59,116 nt of DNA from Lachnospiraceae bacterium (GTDB taxonomy: Bacteria; Bacillota; Clostridia; Lachnospirales; Lachnospiraceae): positions 1 to 59,116 of the forward strand of contig JAIKZU010000112.1 in assembly GCA_024681985.1 (NCBI GenBank). Reading direction: 5' to 3'. The number at the start of each line of letters is the position of its first letter. Positions within the stretch are counted from its first letter, which is position 1. The notes beneath the pieces were generated by a model. That model made no database searches, was not told where the DNA came from, and worked only from the letters and a program-made list of their open reading frames with translations. Shown piece by piece: positions 44,986 to 53,213 of the stretch. Position numbers and translations under genes: made by a program.

Positions 44986-46065
44986 TCAATAATTTCGGTT
45001 GGCCAGCATATCACGATTAAGATGAGTCACCTTATAGGGTTTCCCATCCACTCTCACCTCGGTAATGGTCAAGACCGTGGAGAACTGGCTTTCTTCCATG
45101 TAATTGTCGTGTTCCACGGGAAGGCCGTTTTGCAGGCTGTTGATCAGCCGAATGGTGGGCGCACCGTAATTGGGATTGCACTCCGTATCTACCGTGATCT
45201 CTCCGGACAAGGTTTTTAAGAGTCCGTCTCTGGTGGCATCAAAGGATACTACCAAAACCTCTCCATTCTGGATGTGTTTGCCGGGACGCATCCCCCGCTC
45301 CTTTAATGCCTCGATGGCTCCCAAAGCTTCCGAGTCGTTTTCGCAGTACACCACATTGATGGTATCGCCAAACTCCGCAAGCATTCGCTCCATGACTTCC
45401 TTGCCCTTGGCCTGCACAAAGTCTGCGTCCTCCTGAGCGATGATATTCCAGCCACAGGCATCTGCTTTTTCTTCCAACGCCTCTGTCCGACCGATCTGTG
45501 CCGAGGAGCCTACGGTTCCCTGGATATGGGCGATATTGACCTCGTCCTCGTACTCGATGGATGCTAAGTATGCTTCCAGCCACGCACAGGCCCGATCCCC
45601 CTCCAGGCGGAAATCACTTCCTATCCAGGCCACATAGACGTCGTCATTCTCCACATCCACACGCCGATCCACGATGATCACGGGAATGTTTGCCTCCGAT
45701 GCCTCTTGTAAGGTGGCATCCCAGCCTGTCTCCGTAATAGGATCCAGCACAATATAATCCACGCCGGAATCCACGAACTTTCGCATGGCCTTCAACTGGT
45801 TCTCCTGCTTCTGCTGTCCGTCGTCCATCATCAGCTTATATCCTGTGGACTCGTTAAAGGCGCTCTGCATGGAAGCGGTACTGGCAAGCCTCCAGTCGGA
45901 CTCGGCACCAATCTGGGAAAAGCCCACCGTCACCGTCGCCGGAGCCTCTTTTTTAACCTCTTCCTTTTCCTCCCCGCACCCGGCGAGAGAAAATGCTACG
46001 GTCAGTGCCAATACCGATGATATAACACGTTTTATGATTGTCCGATAGTCATTTCTTTGTATCAT
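44986..46065 (-). CDS. Second YtfQ-like sugar (galactofuranose-type) ABC substrate-binding lipoprotein
   Basis: It has a lipobox (LAGCG). VTVGFSQIGAESDWR...DDGQQKQENQLKAMRKFVDSGVDYIVLDPITETGWD closely parallels E. coli YtfQ motifs. Confidence 0.85.
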   Translation of the reverse strand: MIQRNDYRTIIKRVISSVLALTVAFSLAGCGEEKEEVKKEAPATVTVGFSQIGAESDWRLASTASMQSAFNESTGYKLMMDDGQQKQENQLKAMRKFVDSGVDYIVLDPITETGWDATLQEASEANIPVIIVDRRVDVENDDVYVAWIGSDFRLEGDRACAWLEAYLASIEYEDEVNIAHIQGTVGSSAQIGRTEALEEKADACGWNIIAQEDADFVQAKGKEVMERMLAEFGDTINVVYCENDSEALGAIEALKERGMRPGKHIQNGEVLVVSFDATRDGLLKTLSGEITVDTECNPNYGAPTIRLINSLQNGLPVEHDNYMEESQFSTVLTITEVRVDGKPYKVTHLNRDMLANRNY

Positions 46066-46118
46066 ATTCTTCTGCTTTTTATATTTGGTTTCATTAGCTT
46101 CAACCCATTATAAACAAA

Positions 46119-46167
46119 GAATCTCACAAAAGACAACCTCGTATGTCCGGGTGTTTTTGTGAGATTC
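46119..46167 (-). terminator. Long-stem terminator separating the permease genes from the second binding-protein gene
   Basis: Perfect 13-bp arms GAATCTCACAAAA/TTTTGTGAGATTC with a 23-nt loop, followed on the minus strand by TTTGTTTAT. Confidence 0.6.
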
Positions 46168-46197
46168 GTAGTGTTAAAAGAATTGTGTGCCCTTTTC

Positions 46198-47226
46198 TCA
46201 AGCCTTCTGTTTTTCACGGATCGCAGCAAAGATACTCTGGATCACGATGAATACAAAGAGCAATGCGGCCGTCAAAATGTTGGGCCAGGAGCTGGCCAGT
46301 TTTCCGTTGGTCTTTACGATGGATGAAATGGTACCGTTGATCAATACACCGAAGAAGGTACCGATGACATTTCCCACACCACCGGTCAGCAAAGTACCAC
46401 CGATAACGGATGAGGAAATGGCGTCCATCTCAAATCCCGTAGCCTGCTGCACGGAGCCCTGCATGGAATTTAAGCAGTAGCAGATCCCGCCGATGGAGGC
46501 TAAGAAGGAACATAAGATATGTGCCTTTAACTTTGTCATCTTCACATTCAATCCCATCATGGCAGCGGACTGTTCGCTTCCGCCTACCGCATAGAGAGAA
46601 CGACCGAACTTCGTATAACGGAGCATCAAAAAGATGATGAGCAAAACCAACAGAGCGATGACTACGCCAACACGGATGAAAGGTGCCATATAAACGCCCT
46701 TGTTATTTGTGTATCCTCCGAAGGGAAGGATGATCTTTGCATTGGCGATGTCGTAAAACAGCTGGTTCGTATCTGCTGTGATAGCCACCTGATCCGTACA
46801 GATCACTGCCGTCATACCACGAGCAAAGAACATACCGGCCATGGTCACGATGAAGGGCTGGATCTGTAAATAACCTACCAGATACCCCTGTACCGCGCCG
46901 AATACCAGACCGATGACAAGCACCAGTATGATCATAGGGATGGCACCGATGCCGTTTTGCATACCAACTGCCAAAAGCATACAGTCCATAGCAACCAATG
47001 CACCTACGGAAATATCAATTCCCGCAGTCAGCATAACTACCGTCAGACCACAGGCTACACTGATAAGTCCGGCATTTGTGATCATCACGTTCAAAAACGT
47101 CTGGAAATGTGTAAAGCCCTTGGCTCCATAGGCGATACATCCGCCTGCATACAGTACGAAGAACAACGCTATGGTGATCAAAAGAAGGAGGGTATTACTG
47201 TTCAACTTTGATTTCGTTTTCATCAT
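46198..47226 (-). CDS. Sugar ABC transporter permease (YjfF-like)
   Basis: 342 aa, polytopic, of the RbsC/YjfF type. Confidence 0.85.
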   Translation of the reverse strand: MMKTKSKLNSNTLLLLITIALFFVLYAGGCIAYGAKGFTHFQTFLNVMITNAGLISVACGLTVVMLTAGIDISVGALVAMDCMLLAVGMQNGIGAIPMIILVLVIGLVFGAVQGYLVGYLQIQPFIVTMAGMFFARGMTAVICTDQVAITADTNQLFYDIANAKIILPFGGYTNNKGVYMAPFIRVGVVIALLVLLIIFLMLRYTKFGRSLYAVGGSEQSAAMMGLNVKMTKLKAHILCSFLASIGGICYCLNSMQGSVQQATGFEMDAISSSVIGGTLLTGGVGNVIGTFFGVLINGTISSIVKTNGKLASSWPNILTAALLFVFIVIQSIFAAIREKQKA

Positions 47227-48314
47227 GCCACCTCCTGTTGAAGAGCCAGCTTCGCTGCTCTGCGTTTTCTGAAGTATGCCTGTACCGGAGGTGCCTGGAT
47301 GGCTACGATCATGATAACGATGATGGCCTTAAATACCGGCGCCTGGTCGGTGGAAACGCCCAAAGCATACAAGGTTGTGGTGATGGCCTGGATGGTATAA
47401 GCTCCGATGATGGAACCGGTCAGATTGAACTTACCGCCGCCAAGGGAGTTGCCGCCCAATGCCACTGCCAGGATGGCATCCATTTCCATATACAGACCTA
47501 CGTTGTTGGGATCAGCAGAGGTGATACGGCTGGCCTTTACGATACCTGCCACACCTGCAAAGAATCCGCAGATCACGTAGGTCATAAAGATGATGGCTAC
47601 AGAAGACAGACCGGCGATCCGGCTGGCCTTCGGGTTAATACCTACAGACTGGATGTAGGTTCCGAGAGCCGTCTTCTTTAAAATCAGAGCCGTCAGCACC
47701 ACACAAACCAGTGCAATGATGATGGGGGTAGGAATGATCCCGGTGAAACCACCGATCTTTCCGAATGTATCGTTTCTTACATAAACGATCATGTTGTTAT
47801 TTACCAAGAATCCGATGGCACGGGCTGCCGAGAAAAGGATCAGCGTCGCTACCATAGGCTGGATCTTTAGATACGCAACCAAGAATCCGTTAAACATACC
47901 GCAGACACAGGCGATGAGGATACCACCGATGACACCGAAGATCAAAGGCATGCGCAATTCCGTAACGGAAGTCTCGCCAAATCCTGCCAGCATCACGCAG
48001 CATACGGATGCTGCAAGTGCCATAACGGATCCTACGGAGATATCGGTACCTGCGGAGGATGAAACCACCAGCGTCATACCGATGGCCAGGATGGCTGCCT
48101 CACTGCCTCGGTTTAAGATATCGATGATACGACCGTAAAGGATGGTCCCGTTTCCTGTCGTATTCTGTAACGTGATCATAAAGAACGTAAAGGGATTATT
48201 CCCGTTTGCCGCATCATAGATGATGTTTACGGCCATAACCAGAAAGAGTGCCACTACCGGAAGTAGAAGCGGCCATTCTCTGACCTTCTGTAAAAAAGTC
48301 TTTTCTTTTTTCAT
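47223..48314 (-). CDS. Sugar ABC transporter permease (YtfT-like)
   Basis: 363 aa, polytopic. It overlaps the downstream permease gene by 4 nt. Confidence 0.85.
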   Translation of the reverse strand: MKKEKTFLQKVREWPLLLPVVALFLVMAVNIIYDAANGNNPFTFFMITLQNTTGNGTILYGRIIDILNRGSEAAILAIGMTLVVSSSAGTDISVGSVMALAASVCCVMLAGFGETSVTELRMPLIFGVIGGILIACVCGMFNGFLVAYLKIQPMVATLILFSAARAIGFLVNNNMIVYVRNDTFGKIGGFTGIIPTPIIIALVCVVLTALILKKTALGTYIQSVGINPKASRIAGLSSVAIIFMTYVICGFFAGVAGIVKASRITSADPNNVGLYMEMDAILAVALGGNSLGGGKFNLTGSIIGAYTIQAITTTLYALGVSTDQAPVFKAIIVIMIVAIQAPPVQAYFRKRRAAKLALQQEVA

Positions 48315-49826
48315 TTACTTCTCACCTCCCGCGATCGCATTCATAACGCCTTCCTGGGTCAGGTCGCCGGAAAGCTCGTTCACTTTTTCACCGTCACGCA
48401 TGATGACCATGCGATTACAGGTACGAAGCATCTCCGAGATCTCCGAAGAGATGAACATGATACTCTTTCCCTGTTTGGCCAGATCGATGATGAGCTTTTG
48501 GATCTCGGACTTGGTTCCTACGTCGATTCCTCGGGTAGGCTCGTCTAAGATCAAAAAGTCCGCATCGGTAGCCAGCCAGCGAGCCAGGATAACCTTCTGC
48601 TGGTTACCGCCGGAGAGCTGGTTGATCTTTGCTTCGCGGCTGGGGCACTTAATGGACAAAAGATCGATGAACTTGTCCGCAATGGCTTCCTGCTCCTTCA
48701 TAGGGATGGGCTTTAAGGCACCCCGCTTTGCCTGCATGGCCAAAATGATGTTCTCGCGGATGGACAGATCGCCGATGATACCTTCTGCCTTTCTGTCATC
48801 CGGCAGCATTCCCATGCCCCTATTCATGGCATCGATGGGCTGTGCGATCTTCACTTCTTCGCCTTTTACTTTCAGCGTACCGGTGGAAGCTCTGTCAGCT
48901 CCGTAAATGGAGCGGGCCAATTCGCTTCGTCCGGATCCCAAAAGTCCGCCCACACCTACGACCTCACCTTTATGGATCTTAAGATCAAAAGGCTTTACGG
49001 TGCCGGTATGGCTGATGCCCTGGGCATCGATCACTACTTCGGCTTTATCAAAATCCGCATTTTCTTTTTCAATGGCTTCGAGGGCATCCAGATCCTTACC
49101 CATCATAGCTGCCACCAGTTTTACTCTGGGGAGTTCGGCGATGGGATATTCGCCCACGAAAGTACCGTTTCTGAGTACGGTGATGCGATCGCATACCGCA
49201 TATACCTGCTCTAGGAAATGTGTGACGAAAAGAATGGAAACTCCTTTGGCCTTTAAGTCACGCATCAGCTTAAAGAGCTTCTCCACTTCCTCGTCGTCCA
49301 ATGAAGATGTAGGCTCATCAAGGATCAGAACCTTACAATCCATATCCACAGCTCTGGCGATGGCCACCATCTGCTGGATCGCCAAAGAATAATTTTCTAA
49401 GTTTTGGGTGACGTCCACTTCGATTCCGAGGTCGTCCATGATTATTTGTGACCGCTTATTATAAGAAGCGCGGTCGATCGTCTTTAGTGCTGTCAGCGGC
49501 TCTCTTCCTATGAAAAGGTTTTCTGCCACAGACAGGTTGGGGCAAAGATTTACTTCCTGATACACCGTGGAAATGCCCACATTCTGTGCATCTCTCGTGG
49601 AGTGATTCTTTACGGGTCCATCGATCCCATCCATACGGATCTCACCAGCCTCAAAATCATTGATACCCGTAAGACACTTGATCAGGGTGGATTTGCCGGC
49701 TCCGTTTTCTCCCATCAGCGCATGTATCTCGCCTTTGCGAAGTGTCAGATCCACATTCTGCAAAGCCTTTACACCCGGAAACGTCATGGTAATTCCCCTG
49801 GCTGTTAAAATAACATCCTTATCCAT
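48315..49826 (-). CDS. Sugar ABC transporter ATP-binding protein with two ATPase domains (YtfR/RbsA-like)
   Basis: 503 aa with GENGAGKST and LSGGNQQKV, in a duplicated ABC cassette. Confidence 0.9.
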   Translation of the reverse strand: MDKDVILTARGITMTFPGVKALQNVDLTLRKGEIHALMGENGAGKSTLIKCLTGINDFEAGEIRMDGIDGPVKNHSTRDAQNVGISTVYQEVNLCPNLSVAENLFIGREPLTALKTIDRASYNKRSQIIMDDLGIEVDVTQNLENYSLAIQQMVAIARAVDMDCKVLILDEPTSSLDDEEVEKLFKLMRDLKAKGVSILFVTHFLEQVYAVCDRITVLRNGTFVGEYPIAELPRVKLVAAMMGKDLDALEAIEKENADFDKAEVVIDAQGISHTGTVKPFDLKIHKGEVVGVGGLLGSGRSELARSIYGADRASTGTLKVKGEEVKIAQPIDAMNRGMGMLPDDRKAEGIIGDLSIRENIILAMQAKRGALKPIPMKEQEAIADKFIDLLSIKCPSREAKINQLSGGNQQKVILARWLATDADFLILDEPTRGIDVGTKSEIQKLIIDLAKQGKSIMFISSEISEMLRTCNRMVIMRDGEKVNELSGDLTQEGVMNAIAGGEK

Positions 49827-49861
49827 GAGGGTTTCTCCTTTCTGATACTTCTTAAAAAGAA

Positions 49862-49886
49862 GGGCATCGGGAACTTCCCGATGCCC
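49862..49886 (-). terminator. Intra-operon hairpin/partial terminator after the first binding-protein gene
   Basis: GGGCATCGG-N7-CCGATGCCC, followed on the minus strand by TTCTTTTT. Confidence 0.6.
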
Positions 49887-49919
49887 CTTTTAGTTTTAAA
49901 CTAAATTGTTTGGCAGATT

Positions 49920-51044
49920 TTAGTACTGAGCTTCGATAACTGCGTCAGTTACTTCGGTCATGCTCTGAGCTGCACCGTCGATAGAGAAATCAACGATAGC
50001 GTCAGGTAATGCATACCAATGCTCTTCCATGTAGATCGCCTTGTCAACAGATCCGCCGGACTGTAATGTCTGGATAGCTTCCTCTACGAAAGGAGCTGCA
50101 AGAGGATTACACTCAAAGTCAGCGGTGATCTTTCCAGCCTGAACTTCCTTTAAGCCTGCTGTACAAGCATCGAAGGAAATAAGGATAACGTCGTTACCAG
50201 GACCATAAGAGATACCTGCGTTGTCCATAGCTGTCATAGCACCAAATGCTTCGTTATCGTTCTGGCAAACTACTACGTTGAACTTACCTGCGTAAGACTT
50301 GCAGTAAGATTCCATAACTTCCTGTCCACCATCTTCGGTGAAGTCACCGGTCTGCTCATCAAGCTTGTTCCAGCCATACTTAGCAACTGCTTCGTCAAAG
50401 CCTTCGGAACGTCCGATCTGAGCGGAAGCACCGGTAGATCCGGAAATAACGAGTACGTTTACTTCAGAGATGCCCTTTGCATCAACATAAGCCTTTAACC
50501 ACTCACCAGCTGCAAGACCTTCGTTCTTGAAGTCGGAACCAACCCAAGCGGTGTAGTTATCGGAATCATCGATTGTACGGTCGATAACGATTACAGGGAT
50601 ACCAGCGTCAGAGCACTCTGTCAAAACGGTGTCCCAACCGGTAGCTACGATGGGGTCGATGATGATGTAATCAACACCGGACTCGATGAATGTACGAACT
50701 GCCTCTAACTGAGCTGCGGAATCATTGTCGCAGTCAACGAACTGAAGATCATATCCGTTCGCCTCAGAGAAAACGTCCTGGCAGGACTTTGTGGAAGCTG
50801 TACGCCAGTCAGACTCATGTCCAACCTGTGCGAAACCGATCTTGATCAGATCGCCTGAAGCAGCGCCTGCATCAGCAGCGGGAGCCTCAGCCTCAGCCTC
50901 TGCCTCAGCTGCGGGAGCTTCTGTAGCAGCAGCGTCAGAGCTGGTGTCAGCTGCGGTATCAGCAGATCCGGAACCGCCGCATCCTGCTAACATACCAACA
51001 GCCATAGTAGCTGCAAGCATTAAACCAAGTAATTTTTTCTTCAT
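49920..51044 (-). CDS. YtfQ-like sugar (galactofuranose-type) ABC substrate-binding lipoprotein
   Basis: It has a lipobox (LAGCGG) and an Ala/Glu-rich linker. IKIGFAQVGHESDWRTAS...GVDYIIIDPIVATGWDTVLTECSDAGIPVIVIDR parallels YtfQ. Codon usage looks like that of a highly expressed gene. Confidence 0.85.
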   Translation of the reverse strand: MKKKLLGLMLAATMAVGMLAGCGGSGSADTAADTSSDAAATEAPAAEAEAEAEAPAADAGAASGDLIKIGFAQVGHESDWRTASTKSCQDVFSEANGYDLQFVDCDNDSAAQLEAVRTFIESGVDYIIIDPIVATGWDTVLTECSDAGIPVIVIDRTIDDSDNYTAWVGSDFKNEGLAAGEWLKAYVDAKGISEVNVLVISGSTGASAQIGRSEGFDEAVAKYGWNKLDEQTGDFTEDGGQEVMESYCKSYAGKFNVVVCQNDNEAFGAMTAMDNAGISYGPGNDVILISFDACTAGLKEVQAGKITADFECNPLAAPFVEEAIQTLQSGGSVDKAIYMEEHWYALPDAIVDFSIDGAAQSMTEVTDAVIEAQY

Positions 51045-51151
51045 AATGATAAATCCTCCTTATAACGATGATAAGATGCCTTCCGTCATGTCATGTCGAA
51101 ATCGAAGCAGTCAACGACAGAAGATTTCTACTTGATGTTGCCATATTAAAG

Positions 51152-51183
51152 AAAAAAATTGCATATGACTATGCAATTTTTTC
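51152..51183. terminator. Bidirectional terminator downstream of rsgI
   Basis: AAAAAA-ATTGCATA-TGAC-TATGCAAT-TTTTTT. Confidence 0.65.
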
Positions 51184-51199
51184 TCTTTGCGGTGTTTAT

Positions 51200-51235
51200 T
51201 TTTACGAAATTTTACGAAACTTTTTCAAAAAGTTT
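51200..51235. repeat. Tandem 10-mer TTTTACGAAA x2 fused to the 19-bp palindrome AAACTTTTT-C-AAAAAGTTT
   Basis: Read directly at 51200-51219 and 51217-51235. Confidence 0.5.
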
Positions 51236-51262
51236 AAAATCTTAATCTAAAAGTTAAGAATT

Positions 51263-52354
51263 TTATTGTTTTGGCTGACCATCGCTCGGAGCAGCTCCCA
51301 TTCCTCCTGTATTTACGTCCGGTTTACCGTCAGCATCTGGAGACACGGGATTTGGGGCGGTCTCATTTCCCGGAGGTGTCTGCATGTCCTGTGGTGTCTG
51401 CCCTTCCGGCCGGTTGGGCTCTGACGGTCGTTCTTCGCTGCCTTGCCCGCTTTCCCGGATTATTTCCTTATTGTCTCCGGAAGGTTGTCCCTCTGATGGG
51501 GGCATCGGCTTTTCCTCGGAGGGTACTTTTCCGTCTTCCTCGGGAACAAGCTGCTGCGAAGGCACTGTTTCGGACCGATTATCGCCATCCGCAGGCTGTT
51601 TGTTATCCTGTGAAGGTTCCTTTGGCGGATTATCCGAAACCTGTTCCGATTCTTTATTGTCCCGCAATGGTATCTCCTCTGAAGGCGGATTTTTCTGTTC
51701 CGCATTGCCTGCCTCTTTTTCAACGTATGCGCCGGTGCTGATGCCTTCTTCTCTTGCAATTTTTCGTTCTTCCTTTGTTGCGGTGGTAAGATTTACAATG
51801 GCACTGTCATTATGCGATTCAGCCACCCGTTCCACGGCCACCTTCGCCTCCTCTGTCAAATGCAGGTTCTTCTCCTCATTGTCCGAAGCTGCGTTTATGG
51901 AAACATCATTCCCATTTCCCAGATATGACTCTTCGTAAAGGATTTCCGTAACAAGTTCCACTGCATCGCCAAGGCTTTCCCGTTTCTTATGTCTTTCGTT
52001 GTATTCTTCAACAATGGCTGCAGCGTCCGAATTAATAGCCTCGATTTTCAGCACCTGATCCTGTCGATTCAGGGCCATTTCAAAAGATGGATTTATGTCC
52101 ATGGAAACATACGCCGCAGGAGAAGCATAGGCATATCCATACCATCCGAATCCGGAAAGTGCTGCAATGGCGGCAGCTGTACCTGCTGCAATTTTCGTCA
52201 TACGAGCGGATAGCACTTTCAGTCCCGATGCAGTACCTCCCGGTACCTCCACCGTATCGCCCACTTCACACGGGCCGGTATATTTTACGACAATACTGTC
52301 CTCTCTTAATACAGCAGCCACGCCGTCTTTTATTTCCAATACTACGGCTTTCAT
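51263..52354 (-). CDS. rsgI: Anti-sigma-I factor RsgI-like, with a Pro/Glu/Ser-rich C-terminal tail
   Basis: MKAVVLEIKDGVAAVLREDSIVVKYTGPCEVGDTVEV matches the RsgI N-terminal domain. It has one TM helix, an extracytoplasmic region, and about 130 aa of low complexity at the C-terminus. Confidence 0.75.
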   Translation of the reverse strand: MKAVVLEIKDGVAAVLREDSIVVKYTGPCEVGDTVEVPGGTASGLKVLSARMTKIAAGTAAAIAALSGFGWYGYAYASPAAYVSMDINPSFEMALNRQDQVLKIEAINSDAAAIVEEYNERHKKRESLGDAVELVTEILYEESYLGNGNDVSINAASDNEEKNLHLTEEAKVAVERVAESHNDSAIVNLTTATKEERKIAREEGISTGAYVEKEAGNAEQKNPPSEEIPLRDNKESEQVSDNPPKEPSQDNKQPADGDNRSETVPSQQLVPEEDGKVPSEEKPMPPSEGQPSGDNKEIIRESGQGSEERPSEPNRPEGQTPQDMQTPPGNETAPNPVSPDADGKPDVNTGGMGAAPSDGQPKQ

Positions 52355-53094
52355 AAGGAAAGCTCCTTTCTTATATCCGACAGATACTCGACAAGATGCG
52401 GAAAATCTCCGTGAAGCAATTCCGCAACTGCCATGATATACTTCCGATGTCGTTCCAGTTTTTTTCTCGGGAGGCCGGTTAATTCCACAATCTCACCGAT
52501 TGGCATATGCCTTGTTCGGACCATTTTTTCGTACAGTTCCCCCGGTCGCAAAAGACAAATCACTGCCTCCCGGCATACCGCTTTTGTGCGCTTTGACTTT
52601 GGGGAACAATCAATCAAGTCAAAAAAAGAAAATCCGTACACCTGTAAAAGTTCCTGTGCTTCGGCGATTTCATTCCGAACGGATTGTGCCGTATCGGCTC
52701 TTTGATGTGCTTCATCCGCAAGGGACACCATCTTTCCATAGGCTTCCTGCCCCGTTGAATTTGCCTCAAAGTCCGACTTGCCCTCAAAATCCATGGGGCT
52801 GACCGCAAATTCCGGTTTCATCCTGCGAGCCTCATCATATAACCGGCGGCGAATTACAATGGATGCAAAGGGAAGAAATTCACCCTTTGTTTCATCAAAG
52901 GAGTCCAGCGCCTCGCTAAAGGCCTCCATCCCTATGGCATAAGTCTCATCCGATATATCCGTATGTCGTCGGGTTACGCGGGACACACAGGAAAGAATAA
53001 ACTCCCTGTGTGCCCCGATAAACCGATCTGTTCCTTCTTTGGACGTTTTTGCTTCCAAAGCCTCTCTTGTGGCTTTGTCCATTCTCTGCTCCAA
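52351..53094 (-). CDS. sigI: RNA polymerase sigma factor, SigI-like
   Basis: 247 aa with a sigma-70 region 2-like segment (FIGAHREFILSCVSRVT...YAIGMEAFSEALDSFD..KGEFLPFASIVIRRRLYD). It has a 4-nt overlap with the RsgI-like gene. Confidence 0.7.
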   Translation of the reverse strand: MEQRMDKATREALEAKTSKEGTDRFIGAHREFILSCVSRVTRRHTDISDETYAIGMEAFSEALDSFDETKGEFLPFASIVIRRRLYDEARRMKPEFAVSPMDFEGKSDFEANSTGQEAYGKMVSLADEAHQRADTAQSVRNEIAEAQELLQVYGFSFFDLIDCSPKSKRTKAVCREAVICLLRPGELYEKMVRTRHMPIGEIVELTGLPRKKLERHRKYIMAVAELLHGDFPHLVEYLSDIRKELSL

Positions 53095-53105
53095 TCAAAT
53101 TTACG

Positions 53106-53130
53106 GCAGATGCGGTTTTTCCTCATCTGC
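53106..53130 (-). promoter_or_regulatory. Hairpin in the sigI leader
   Basis: GCAGATG-N11-CATCTGC, about 10 nt upstream of the sigI ATG. A TATAAT lies at 53152-53157 on the minus strand. Confidence 0.35.
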
Positions 53131-53213
53131 TGGTGGATATTACTATCTTTCATTATACAAAAAATATCAGGCAGTCACCACCCGCAGATTTTCATTCTTC
53201 TCTTTGAAAACCG

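Noticed and set aside
50870-50915. A tandem DNA repeat (gcctcagcctcagcctctgcctcagc) within the binding-protein gene.
   Set aside because: It simply encodes the low-complexity AEAEAEAEAPA linker between the lipobox and the folded domain. It is not a separate genetic element.
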